From positions 67,022,001-67,086,000 of the forward strand of contig NC_043000.1 of assembly GCF_006345805.1 (NCBI RefSeq): a stretch of DNA of 64,000 bases, in the 5' to 3' direction. Below the pieces are notes generated by a model. The model searched no databases. It saw only the letters and a program-made list of their open reading frames with translations, and was not told where the DNA came from. The translations under genes and the position numbers were made by a program. Of the stretch, positions 12,591-25,992 are shown one piece after another. How positions within the stretch are numbered: the first letter of the stretch is position 1; the number at the start of each line of letters is the position of its first letter. This DNA is from Octopus sinensis (taxonomy: Eukaryota).

Positions 12591-15201
12591 GGTTTTAAAA
12601 AGAGCTCTTGGTTATGAAGTTTTTTGAAGATTTTCCTTTTCTCTATTGTGTACTGGTTACACCTTTCCTAGTTTTATAGGGTTTGGATCTTTCTAAGATT
12701 TTCTATTTGAACTTGTTATTCTGAAGTTCTTTGTTTGAGTTTAATGTGTGGTGCCTATAGCTAAGTTTAAGGTGGTATCTATTTAAAAGTTTTCTAAGTG
12801 CTCTGGAGGGAAATATTTGTCTATAGAGTTAAGAAATTTCTTGTGATATTTGATTTTATAGTAAGTGTAAAGTTTGATTTTATATTCATGGTGTTGGGGT
12901 TGATTTGAGCATTTAATTGTCTCTTTTTTTATATACTATCTTTTAAGGTTTTACAGTAGTTAGTAGTAGTTCTTTTAAGTCTGAAAGTGCTAAAATTGTT
13001 AATAATGCTGTCATTTGTCTAAAATGTAGCAATTAATGCTTCTTGGTAGGACTAATCCATGGTCCCTGTAATGGGCAAAGTCTATGATGATAAATTTCTT
13101 AGCAAGTATATCTAAGATGTATAATCCTACAATATGGCCTATATCTAGCTGTATAACCCCATGCTTACATCAAAGAAACTTGTTCTTTCAAGCAGTAAAA
13201 TTTTACTTAGCATGTATTATTATATCAATATCATTTATATTTATTCATTAGTAGTACTTTGTACAACCTTAGTAAGATTTGGGATATGGAGGAGGTAAAA
13301 ATTGGCAGTGTTGAACTGACAAAAATCTGTATGTGTGCTTTTTGTCGATAGTCTCGAACCAGCAAAATGATGCATTACTATTAATCCATTTGTATAGGCT
13401 TGTGGCCTTTCTTAATTTTATTTTATGCTTTTTGGTATCTCCTTATTAATTGGTCCTATCATGGAAATTTAGCTTGCTTGATTAATCTGCACTTCAGATT
13501 AGCTGCAAAGCTTTCTTGATGGGTCTTTATGGTTATAAATGCCTAAAGTTTAGCTAAAACCTCCAAGCTATTGTCTAGTCTTTAGTTTTGTTTTGTTTTA
13601 TTTCCTGTGTTTTGTTTCATTACAACTATATATTCGTGTTTGCTTTTATGTAGTTTTGAGTGATGTTATTGTTAAGTAGCTAAATGTACAGTTTCTTATC
13701 CTTCTTATAGGTTTCTACTTTTGAATGGAAAGATTAATACTTTATTGAAGCGCTAAATTTGTTTATGTTGTATTTGTGCTTGGTTTGAAGAGCATTATTA
13801 TACTAATAGAATTTAATCTTCACTTAAAGATCTTGGGAGTCACTTTTAAAGTGTCGTAGAGGCCTTGGTTGTCAGAGAGTAGTTCTGTATCTTAATCCCA
13901 TAACTGTATGATAGTATGTCACCTAAGTCAGTCAAAAAAGACTATCTTCTAGTGCATGCACTTCACTCAGTCCTTGGGTTTATTGTGGTAGTTTTCTCAT
14001 GTAAAGTTTATTTGAAAGCAACTAGTTTTGGTAGAGTAGTCCAAGTGGTATAAATCCATACCTTTTAATGTTGCTTTTTGAATATTAAGTGCTCAGCTAT
14101 ATCTCAATGCTTCAGTGTAATATGATATGTGCGTTGTAGCTATATGTCACAGGTCATTGAAATGATGTTCAGATATAATATGCATGCTGTGATCCATGTT
14201 GAAATGATTTGATGATATATATTACTCATTTTCATACATTTTCTACTTCTCTGCCGTACACAGGTCACACCATTTACTTCCCATCTTGTAGAATTTGGAT
14301 CTTTCTTTGGCACTGTATTATGAAATTTTTTCTTTCATTTTTCACATGATGTGGTTAGCCAATTTTTTTTATTGTAATTCTTATCTGTCTACTTAAAGGG
14401 GACATTGGTAATGTTTATGTATTACCTCTAGGTTGAGCTCTGCTTTATAAATTATTGCTTCTGTGTTGAAGGATTTATCTTGTCACCTTATATTTGGGTT
14501 TCTGTGTGAATATATATTTTCTCTTTTATTGGTGAATGTATGCATTATATTTTTCATGTTTGTTATGCTTTAATAATTTTATGGTTGTGTCTGTGGAGAA
14601 GTTTTCTATGTTAGCATTCATGAAGGATGCACTTGTCTATTAGAATTAGGAAGACTCTTATTATATTAGATTTTACATTGGTGAAATAGGGTATGTAAAC
14701 AATGTGATAATAGGAAACCATTTTTATTTAGGGGATGAGGAGTGATATGAGCTGGTAGTTTTCTGTTTGAATAGTAATTTTTGAAGTATAGTTAAACAAA
14801 TATGTATGTGTGTAAAAATATTTAAAATATATTTCAATATATTTTTATGAACCATAGATTTATTGTATTCATAATCTTTGATTTATTATATTTGTAATAT
14901 TTTATTTTTTCTAATATTATTAAACAGATAAAATGCATTTCAGTGGTATTAAATTTTTTTTACTACCCAAGCATTCAGTTTTATTTTCCTCTTGTTTCAG
15001 TCATTAGACTGTGGTCATTCCTTGAGAGGAATTTTGGTCAAGCTAATTGACCCCAGTACTTACTTTCTTATTAAGTCTGGTACTTATTCTATCAGTCTCT
15101 TTCTGAACTACTAAGTTATGGGCACATAAACACACCAACAAGTGGTGGTGGGGAACAAACACAGGCATAAAGACATGTGCATGCGCGCGCGCACAGAGAG
15201 A

Positions 15202-15333
15202 GGCTTCTTTCAGTTTCCGTCAAATCCACCCGCAAAGCTTTAGTCGGCCTGAGGCTAGAGCAGGAGACACTGGGACTGAACCTGGAATCATTGGGTTGAG
15301 AAGCAAACTTCTTACCACACAGCCTCACCTGCT
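15202..15333 (-). mobile_element. SINE family A 5' half, antisense, ending about 60 nt upstream of PGAP3 exon 3
   Basis: The reverse complement reads ggctgtgtggtaagaagtttgcttctcaacc...ccaggttcagtcccagtgtc...gggtggatttgacggaaactgaaagaagcc. Confidence 0.75.
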
Positions 15334-15393
15334 TCACCTATGTAAATTTTTCTTTTTCAAAATTTTCATTATTGATTTTTATTTATTTTCCAG

Positions 15394-15456
15394 ATTTCTG
15401 CTCATGCTTGGTTTTGGTCTCTAGCTTTTCACACTAGAGATACTGCTTTCACAGAG
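15394..15456 (+). CDS. PGAP3: PGAP3 coding exon 3 (63 nt)
   Basis: ttttccag|ATT; encodes ISAHAWFWSLAFHTRDTAFTE, containing the CREST SxxxH motif (SLAFH) and HTRD. Donor GAG|gtattt. Confidence 0.95.
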
Positions 15457-16039
15457 GTATTTATTTTCTTTACAAGATATTTTCATTTGGAATTCTTTAT
15501 ATTGTTATTCTGATTATTGCCATCATAAATACACACACACATGTCTATTATATTTGTTTTTATATCAAGTTCTTTATAAAATCAGTTTAACATGGATTAC
15601 TCAATTCTTTTTAATAAAGTATGTGTTTATTCAGCTTTTACAAGGTTGACAGTGACTTAAAGTTTCAGCTTACTCACCTTTGTTAGACTGTGTGAATATA
15701 TAAGAAGACAAAGAATTGATATAGCACAACTTTATTATTAGTTACAATTGTTTCTGTACTACTCCATTTCGAACCACATTGCACATAATTAATTCCATGT
15801 GAAAGGTGAGCAATTTGTATGGTTGATTGTATTGGAATGGCACTTTGACAGCTTGGCATTAAGTCATGCACTTTTTTCTCAGTGTGTGACAGACCTGTAT
15901 TTCGTGTTGCTTACATTTGGAGGAAACATTACATTGATTACAAAAATATGATGATGATGTAAGTGATATTCATTGATGTAATAGACAAAATGTTTTCTGC
16001 TGAGGTCAACTTTTGTCTTTCATCCTTCCAGGTCCACCA

Positions 16040-16278
16040 GCCCCCTTCCAACATTATTATTTAGCAGAATCGTTAGCATGTTGGGCGAAATGCTTAGCAA
16101 TATTTTGTTCATCTTTATGTTCTGCATTCTAATTCTACTAAGGTTGACTTTGCCTTTCATCCTTTCAGGATCAATAAGTTAAGTACCAGTCAAGTAGTGG
16201 GGTCGATGTGACCAACCATCCCCGCGTCAAATTCCAGGCCTTGTGCCTATTGTAGAAAGGATTATTATTATTATTATT
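16040..16278 (+). mobile_element. SINE family D copy
   Basis: gcagaatcgttagcatgttgggcgaaatgcttagc...gactttgcctttcatcctttcagg...ggccttgtgcctattgtagaaaggattattattattattatt. Confidence 0.75.
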
Positions 16279-16599
16279 TTGTTTTTCATAAGTGTCATTA
16301 TTATTTTTGTCTGCTCAACCATTGATATGTTAATTCAAGGGCATGTTCAGTTGATCAAATAACTGCATCTTCGTTACACTGTGTAACATGATTTTTGTCC
16401 TTGGGTAGCAACTGTTTTTTCCTATTTGCTTACCTGTAGAAAGTATGAAAAATGGCTAATATTTTCTTCAAACTTTGCTTTTGTTACATTTATTCAAATC
16501 CCAAAGAATCCCTTTCAACACATGGCTATGATGCTCCCCACTACTCCTGCTCATAGTCAGAGGTGCACATATCATCAGCCAATAAGGGACATGCTCAAG

Positions 16600-17244
16600 T
16601 GGTTACGGTCAAGTAGCTGACAAGCAAATCTGTGGTATTGAGCATAATATTTGCTATAACAATATTTCTGCTTCAGCAACTCTGTACCGAATCTGTCTGA
16701 AATGTAATGGAGAATAGGTGAGTTTCAAAACATTGATGTCCAGATCACAAAAGCAAAGTTTGAAAAGAATAATAGTCGTTTCCAGTACTTCCCTGGGCAT
16801 GGACACATTGAAACTCCGATGTCTGGCAGCTGACTTGGCAGACACCCATAAAATTATTAACCATCTTACAAACAATAACTCTGAGGACCTTTTCAAACTC
16901 CACCTGTCTAACACTGGTGGACATGTTTACAAAGTCAGAAAACAGCACAGCTCCCATGACATTTGGAAACATTTTTTCACGCTAAGAGTTGCTGAAGCAT
17001 GGAACAGACTGCCGGCATCAGTTGTTAGCGCTGTCGGAGCACTGCATCCTTCAAAACTTCCATGCTTCCTGAGATTCGCCAACACTACACCTGATTTTTC
17101 CCCCCTCCATAAATACGCAAGCATGTATCTGACTCATACACTGTTCACTTCCCAGATATTTGTACATTACTGCATATGCTTTATACGCACTTTTGACAAG
17201 TTGTGGTGCACCTGAGCACTGTATACAATAATTTCATTATTATT
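16600..17244 (+). mobile_element. CR1-like LINE 3' fragment
   Basis: ORF 16718-17215 contains LKLRCLAADL..THKII...GGHVYKVRKQHS...FFTLRVAEAWNRLP, the typical CR1 RT C-terminus, followed by a 3' UTR ending in (ATT)n. Confidence 0.8.
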
Positions 17245-19376
17245 TCCTTTGATTTCCTGTTAGAAGCAAATAGGAAATAACACTTACTGACCAAAGACAT
17301 AAAAAAAATTGTTAAAAGGTCTCTTATAAAAGTTGCTTTGTAGATGGAGCAAAGAAAAGTACAAATAGAAAGCACTAAGTGTTATTAGAGTAGTTTTTTG
17401 TTGGATATTGTAAAACCATATACAGAAATACCAGTGTTAATTTATTGTGGAGCATTAGGCCTAGCATAAAATTTTGGGGAATACTAAGGGATATGAAAGT
17501 AGTCAGGATGAAGCATGTGTGAGGTTTGTTTACGCTGTATACTAATTTAGATTTAAAATAGATAGAGGAGAGAATATTTAATAGGTCTAGTGTGTAGAGG
17601 TAAATTGCCTAATTAATCTTTTAGCATTAAAAGCATGCTTAACCATATGCCCCAATAAGATTACTAGTGACATCAAGCAGTAATTGTTTTCTATTAATTC
17701 ATTTTTCAAATCTTATTTGTGCTGCAAACATGGTGTGTATGCCGAGATGCTTGTATACACATGTATATGTGTTTGTTGGTATATATATATAGATGTAGCT
17801 ATACCTATACAGTCTATAATTTTTATTGACATGCCTGTTTCCGGTACTGATTTTTTTCCTCCTACCTCCATTCAGTTCTTATTTCTGTGTACTTTTGTAT
17901 TGATATACTTTTGTGTATCTAAATAAGTATATTTGTACATATACTTTACTTTGATTAAGTGGTCCCATTGCTACTTTCTTCCAGCTGTATCATTCTTATA
18001 TCATCTCTTATTTCCTTTTCCTATCAACTTTGTCTTCACAGTTCCTTTGTAAATCTTTTTAAAATTATTTTTCTTTACATTTTATTATTTTCTCTCACTG
18101 TTTCTTCTTTGCATTACATATTGGCATGTCCTGTCCTTAATCAGTTCATCTTAGCAGTGTATTAACAGAATGTTGGACACGATGCTTGCAGTTATGTCCC
18201 TTTAAGTTCCGAGTTTAATACAGGTCAACTTAGGCTATCAGCTTTCTGTTTTATATAAATAAGATACTGAGCTTTAGTAACATGTGAATGGAATTATAAC
18301 AGAAGACAAAGGCTGGCTCCCTTTTATAGTGTTGTTGGTGTCCTCTGAGCTGTCTTTGGGGTAATTTTCTTTTCTTCATTGGAGCTTTTCTTATTGACAT
18401 TCCTACTATTGACAAACACACAAACTGCATCTGGATGGAACTCATACAATTTTTGGTGAAAGGCAGCTTGAAATTTTAATGTATTTTTTAGTCAATCCTT
18501 TCCTACTGACATTATATTCTTACAAGATTAATCTTGATATTTTGAGTAAGGCCTTTGTTGTTACTTCAAATTAGATGCTGAATATTATTGTATTTAAGCT
18601 TTGCACCTGTTTTGATCATTTTGACCTAGTATTTATTGAGATATTTACTGATAGCTGGAATTGCCACCTCAATTTTTGCTTTGCATACTGATGAGCATTG
18701 CTACTGATATATATATATATATATCTCCATCTTGTCTGTTTGACTTTCATTGGTATGTTGAGGGTATCGAGACTTCAGGTTGTTGTTACTTTGGTTTCTG
18801 TAATGATACACTGATGTAAGGCTTGTGTTCACTTTGAGTTTCTTGATTTATTTTCCCTTTCCTTTGCTTTTATTCATTGTCTCTTTTGTTACAATTGTAT
18901 ACTCATCTCAAGTTGCCTCATCCCTTGTTTTGGCCAGTTTTATCATGTAAGATATTTTTTAACCTTTGCTTGCATCTGACACAGTTTTTATTAAAGCTGT
19001 TCTGTACAGCAAGGCTAATTCAAGTTTTTAGAGTTTGGTTTTTTCATGACTATGAACTACACTGTCTATATGTTTCAGCTAATTTTGAAAATAATCAAGA
19101 ATAAGGAGGGACTTAGTGAAATATCTTTATTGAGTTAGTATTTAGAACATAATTTTACTTTAAAGCAAGTTTTGTGTCACAGAACCAGAGTTGGTCTCAT
19201 ATGGCTTTGTATCAAAAGGTTTGACAAGGATTTTAGAATTAGTTTTATTCTCCATCTAAATATTTTATCATGGCTTCAGGCTGAATACCATGGGGTTGTC
19301 ATTAGTGCCAGGATAGCTACTTTATCTAATAGAAAAAAATTGATTTTTAAAATATAAAATACTGTTTTAGTATCTA

Positions 19377-22133
19377 TTAGGTTGTTACACATGAAATATC
19401 GCATTTTTAGTTACAGTAAAACCCATGTAATTTGCGTACCTGTGTAATTTACACAGATGATTTTCAGTATTAAAATTGTTAGAAAAAAGCTTCTCCTCAT
19501 GTAAAATTTGCATCCAGAAGTTTTCAGAATTGCGGATATGGCCAGGAGGAAAAGGTTTTCAATTTAGTTGTATTTAGCATAATTTCACTTATTTATGATT
19601 AGATTTTATTAAATTTTCATTAAATAAAAATAATTTCTGTTTAACAGGTATCACATTGAAAGCTATTAAATTACAAAGTGTTTGTGTTGTTTATAATAAA
19701 CTTTACTTTGCATTTCTTGTCCACAAGAGTGTTCTGTCTTCTTAAATCATGATCACAGGAAAAGTTGTTGATAATTCTTGTCAACAAAAACAAAGCTGAT
19801 AAATATGCACTAGTGTTGCAAAATAAGTTTAATTACCAATAAACATCAGCTTAGATGACACTTTACTCAATTGACAGAGATAGGTGACTGATCAAACTGA
19901 TTATGTAAACAGAATTCTAATTGGTTGAAAGTGTCTTCTTGTCTCAAGCTCTGATTTTTTGCTTATTCTTGTTGGAATCTTTGATATAGAATATCAAAAT
20001 TTGAATCATCCCTTTCACACTTATAAAGGTGTCAAGCAAACTTAAAAATTTGTCATTACTGTTTTAGCCAGGAGACCAAACTGATAGTTTGGTAACCTGC
20101 TAAAATAAAACTTAAAATTGAAAGGAGAAAATAAACAGCTTTGTAAGTTTAACTCAGTGTTTATTGAACAAGAGAGATGCAAAACTTAAAAAGTGAATTG
20201 TTAGAATATACATGTCTGTGGGGAGACATAAACAAGAATAGCAAAAATCTACTATACCAAAAGAACTGGTAATACATACATCACAAGTGTTCTATGAAGA
20301 AAACATAAGATTGCTGCATAATTCAACATGAATGTGAAACGACATTAAATGTCATAAAAGATAAATGAAGGTTTCTGTAGGAACACTAAGTCATATTCAC
20401 TTAGTTTACATGTGCAAGGATGAATTATGATGTCATTGGCATTAGGTGCAGTAAGAGCTGGTAGTGGCAATGTGGCTGGTGATGAATTTCATTGTCCTAA
20501 CATGGAGAAAGTGAGCAATAGCATCGTGGAGGCAAACACAAGCTAAACTTCATAGGTGAAGAAAAACTGATCTACTTAAGGAAATTGCAATAAGTAGAAA
20601 CTCCAAGCAATGTAAAATATGGCCCAGACCGTGATTACTAGCATGAACATCAAACTTCAAAAAGTTGTTAACTATTTAATGGTTTTAGTAAATTTATACA
20701 GAAAAAGTAAGCATTATACTGTCCAGCATAAATAAAAGTAAACTTCATTATATTTTTTCTGTAAAAACCTATTCTGATGTTAAATGAGTCAACTTCCCTT
20801 ACATTTGTATGTCATTTTTCAACAAAATAATATTTCTAAAAAATTCCGGATACAATCATATAATTTACACACCCACTAAAGTTTATTTTTGTTTTTGTGA
20901 AAAAAAATTATGTAAATTGCATGGATTTTTATGGTACTCGTTATTTCAGTCATTTAAAAACTCAATTATGTATACCCTTGCATTTAATCTTGACTCTTTT
21001 TCTTTCCAAACAATATTGGTACCCACAGACCTTATGAAAATGATAACAACCAATGTTGTGTGATTTCCTTGTATGAGTACAAACTGGGTCACTCTGCTGC
21101 AGAAGCTCTACAGAATATCAAGCAGGCCTATGGTGATAGTTTTGTTGACATCAGAACTGTTCAGAGATGGCTCCAAAGATCTCGTTCAGGAGATGATAGT
21201 CTTGAAAGTGAACCAAGGGGAGAGGCCAAAATCAGTTACTTGGCATGATGGATTAAATACTTTGGTTGAATAAAATCTGAGAATGGTCTGAAAACTTTCA
21301 TCAGAACTCTAAACATCTCGCACAACTGTTTCTCAACACCTGAAAAAAATTGGAAAAGTCAAGAAAATGGATAGGCTTGTTTCGTATCAACTAAATGAGA
21401 TTAAAAAAAAACAGGTGCCTCAAAGTGTGCTCCTTATTGCTTTCTCGACTGGAAAAAGAACCATTTTTGCATCGAATCATTACATGTGATGAAAAATGGT
21501 CACTCTTTCACAACAGCAGGGGAACAGAACAGTGATTAGATGCAGGAGAGTCACCTAAACACTACCCAAAACCACCATTGCATTCTAAAAAGTTAGTGGT
21601 CACTGTATGGTGGTCTGCAAAGGGAGTTATTTGTTATTCATTTTTGCAACAAGGAAAAACAGTAACAGCAACATCATATTGCCAAGAAATTGATTGTATG
21701 TATGAGAATTTGAAAATGAAGCAACCCAGACTAGTAAATAGTGATGGCCCAATTTTGCTCCATGACAATGCACGTCCTCACACTCCTCAAGCTACAGTCC
21801 AAAAGTTGCAAAGCCTGAATTATGAGATTTTGCAACATCCTCCCTATTCCCCCGATATCTCTCCTACTGATGATCACTTATTTAAGCATTTTGAGCTTTT
21901 CATATGCAATAAAACATTCTTAAATAGAGAAGAGGTAACTCAAGCATTTGGACAGTTTATCACAGCAAAAGATAAACTTTTTTTAAAGATGGAATATATG
22001 ACTTTGAGAAACATTGGATAAAGGTTATAAATGAACATGGATCATACTTTGATTAAATAAATCAGTTCTTTAATACTTCTGAAACATTTTATTGTTACAT
22101 TTCAGATATGACATTTCATGTGTTACAACCTAA
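19377..22133 (+). mobile_element. Mariner (DD34D) element with both TIRs and TA TSDs, interrupted by a nested insertion
   Basis: TA-ttaggttgttacacatgaaatatcgcat (19375) versus reverse complement of the right end TA-ttaggttgtaacacatgaaatgtcatat (to 22135): 24/28 identical. Transposase pieces are LYEYKLGHSAAEA (HTH), ITCDEKW, and HDNARPH...YSPDISPTD with 34 residues between the last two Asp. The ORF has stops and frameshifts. Confidence 0.9.
19414..20934. mobile_element. Nested TA-flanked non-autonomous DNA transposon (pogo/Tc2-like ends)
   Basis: TA-cagtaaaacccatgtaattt (19412) and aaattgcatggattttatgg-TA (to 20936) are imperfect inverted termini, with subterminal tgtaattt(g/a)c repeats. Removing it leaves a mariner of about 1.23 kb. 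Confidence 0.65.
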
Positions 22134-22268
22134 TAGCTGGTTCATGCAAAGCAAATAAAGAAATATTTTATCATGAAATGTTTTGAGAATGCTTTTGATG
22201 CAAGTGTTTGTTCTTGAATATGTTTTAGTGTTATAAACTTAATTTAATATTTTTATATTTTCCTTCAG

Positions 22269-22330
22269 ATGATGGATTATTTCTGTGCATTCTCTTTAAT
22301 TCTTTACAACTTGTTTCTCTTCTTCTGTCG
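22269..22330 (+). CDS. PGAP3: PGAP3 coding exon 4 (62 nt, ends phase 2)
   Basis: tttccttcag|ATG; encodes MMDYFCAFSLILYNLFLFFC(R), with the conserved xMDYFCA. Donor CG|gtaagt. Confidence 0.95.
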
Positions 22331-25149
22331 GTAAGTACCAATTTGTTTGTATTTGTAATCTCATGGTTGGTGAATGGTCAGCTTGCACTGGATATTCTTT
22401 GTTATTTTATTCAGAAGTTTGTATCTGGATAAAATATATTACTATATGACACAGTTGCAACTAAGAACAAAAACAGTTATGGAAAAGTCTACTAAAAAAA
22501 AAAAGCAACCCAGAAATTTATATAGTTCAGAATATTTTATTGCATTTACTTAAATAAATCAAGGAGAAAGTCATGTCAAATGTGACGTCATAGAGACAAA
22601 AACTTTTAAGCAATCATTATAGTTTAGTGTAATCGCTCTCAGTTGACTGACTAAATGCTTTTTATTATCCAGTTTATTGATCTACTGTTGCCTGGGTTTC
22701 AGTCAATTGGTTATATATTTTCTATAAAATTATTGATCACTTCAGGTAGAGGAATAAAAGGAAAGCATCTTGTTAGATAAGGAAATCTGCCCTTTAAGAA
22801 CTGTGATTAACTTTTATAAGATTATAGACCAGTCTACGTGTCCATGATTTTTTGTTAGAAAGAAGACCTGTCTTTAAGAATATATACCATATTTGAAGTA
22901 TGATGTGATCTTCAATATAATTCTGCCTCCCCATTTTCTTTTTCAAAGTCACTAATTTTATTCTTTCAGCTTTTTCTATACTTGGGTATAATACTAACGT
23001 GCCAATTTTGATCTAAGTGTTTTGTTACATACATAAGTAAATATAGTGTGTTAGTTTCATTCATTCATTGTAATGTCCATTTTTCCATGCTAGCATGGGT
23101 TAGATAGGACTATTTTGAGGTGGTATTTTACAGCTGAGAGCTCTTATTGTTAGCTGTTACCTGCTTTTCAAGTAAAGGATTTTTAATCCCACTGATCTTC
23201 GAAAGTGTGATATTATATGGGCCTTGAACACAGCAGATTTATGGAAACTAAAAAAAGAAAGTGAACATGCTTTGCTGGATATGTAATGTTATTGTACATG
23301 CAACGATGGCATACAGATGACCTGAAAGAAAAGCTGTGAATAAGAGGAAGTGGATTTAAATGGCAAGAGAGAAGATGGTGTTGTTATGTATATACTATAT
23401 GTATGAATGTTGACTGCTGCATAAAAAGGAAACACGGCAGAAAGAACACTAGAATCATTTGTACTGAAGGCTGGGATACTCTTGTTGCATTTATTGTCTG
23501 TTCTCTCACTCCCTTCCTGTATCATGCACTCCTGCTTCTCTATCTCTTGCTGTCCTCTCTTCACAGCCTCACCTTCTCTTATCTCCCTTCCTCTGGTCCA
23601 CAACACCTCCACCTTTCTTATTTCCACTGACCATTTTCGGTATCTCTTTCATGCACTCCTCTTGACCATACTCTTTCTCACTCAACCCTGACATTATTTT
23701 GTTCTCCCTCCCTTACCCATTTTTAACCCTCAACACTGTCTCTTCTGTTACTCTCTTCACTATTAACAATTTTCTTTATTGTGTTGAATCTTTTCTTCAC
23801 TGACTGATAAGAAAGCTTTCCACTTAGTTTGGAGAGCAGAACTGGTCCTAAAGAAGTAAAACTCAATGATTTCATATATCAAATGGCAAAGAACTTGCCT
23901 TAGCTTAGTTAAGTGATATTTAAAAATAAAAAACAAGAAAAAAAAAATGAAATCATAAACGAATTTCTGAAAAGGAAGCACAATGAAATGTGTAATAGTG
24001 AGGACAACCCAATGACATATGTATTTGCAAAGGCAATACTGCATCAAAAGAGTGAATTCTAAAAAAATTTATGCATGAAAAGAGCAGATTCTAAATTGCA
24101 GACTTAAAAAAAAAAAAAGACAAACATTCACAATGAAAGAAATGAAAGTTGCAATTGAGCAGTTCAGCAGCCTTAAAAAGCGATACAAAATTGATATGGT
24201 TACACAAACAGTAGGGCAATGAAACAAATGACGTGCTTTTCTTTTCTGATAAAACTTTCACAAAACAAACCTGTTTAGAAAGGAATTCAGATTCTTTGTG
24301 TCTTTACATATATCTATGCCATTAAACCAATAAACATCGTCATCTTCCTGAAGCAACAGTAAGAAATGATACAGCTAATCCTGACAACTCTATTCTCTGC
24401 ACAGTTCCTTTCTTACTTACAAGTAACTTACTTTTAAGTAGGTTAATAGTCTATGCATGGTTACTTGTCCTGCTAGAAATAATAAACATTTCTCCTCTAA
24501 AACACTCCTTACTGGAAGGATATACACAAAATAGTCCTCAAAATATTATGTTTGAATTAAAATAGGGATGGTCATGGTTGGACGATCCTCAATTCAGGTT
24601 TACTGGATTGGGGGGGGTGATCTGATGTTAAGTGGCATCAGCTCCAACATTCAAACATTGGGTTTGTCAACTGATGAATTTTAACCAAAGCCGTGCTATT
24701 GCTAGTGACATCAACAATCCTTTCAACATACTTGGCATGAGAACCAACAAATAAAATTATCTACCCACTCTTCATTAGTCATCTATTATTGAGAATATAA
24801 TTTTCTTGTCATACATTAACCTGTTCACTCCCACATCTAGAAATCATTCTTCACTCATTGATAATCTTTCCATAGTCATCCACACGAACAATCACATACT
24901 TTATGCTAGACACTACTTATTTAAATATTATTTGTGTTATTTAAAGAGACTAGATAATTCTGCTCTTCTTGGAGGTAGTAAAGGTTTTGTGTGAAGTGTA
25001 TATGTTGTATGTGCATGGAAGGTTCAAGAGGCATGAAAAGTGATGTCGTTGCATGGGTTGATAACTGTGGCATCAAGTAGAGAGAGAGAGAGTGTATAGG
25101 TAACTAAGCCATGGCAAGAATATCCATGGAAAAGCTTAACATTTGAACC

Positions 25150-25610
25150 AGCAAAGGTGTCCTAAATTAGAACAAGGCTAGAGCAAACACCCATTTGGCC
25201 AATAGGCATTTATGGTTGTGAAGCATGGCCTCTAAACAAATCTGAAGAGAACATAATCAATGTGTATGAAATGTTGGTGTAGAGGAGAATGTTACGAGTT
25301 TCTTACAAGGATCACTGGACAAATGAATGGGTGTTACAAAATATGGGTGAAAGACAGCAACTCCTGAACATTAAGAAAAAATAAAGCTTGTCTATTATGG
25401 TCATATTCGAAGAAGCAGAAGTTTGGAAAAACATCACGGAAGAGTAGAGAGCAGTAAATCAAGAGGCAGGCAAAGAATGCAATGGATGGACAATATCAAA
25501 AACTGGTTGGACAAGAATGGCAAGGCAACTGGAGAACTTGCGCTTAATTGGGAAGACTTTTGTTGTAGTGCCATCAATGTGCTGCAAGCGTATGATGTAT
25601 GACAATGTAT
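25150..25610 (+). mobile_element. RTE (BovB-like) LINE 3' relic
   Basis: Translation with stops and shifts: IWPIGIYGCEAWPLNK...RRMLRVSY..HWTNEWVL...YYGHI...RGRQRMQWMDNIK. Confidence 0.75.
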
Positions 25611-25992
25611 TGGTCAGAGTAATGATACTAATTGTTGTAGAGGTTTCAGGATTGTAAAAAGATTTGACTTCTGCACCTTAGCAGCATTGTGGCAAGAGTT
25701 TGGATTGAAGTCACCAAGGATGATGACTTTGGAGAGAGGTGAAGAGAGGCTGATAGCCTTGACGTAGGATGAGAGATAGTTGAACATACACAATTATGTT
25801 AGATCTCATCCAAAAGAAATCCATCTGAATGATTGGTATGCACACCAACTAAATACAATCACACTGTTTCCTCACTCTGCTCATTCTGTTACAACTCATA
25901 AGGGCATCTGCTCTTCTAAAGTAACTTGTTGGGTACCGCATCTCCTCATTGACCTTTACCTTTATTTTACTTCACAATTATTAAGTCTTTAA

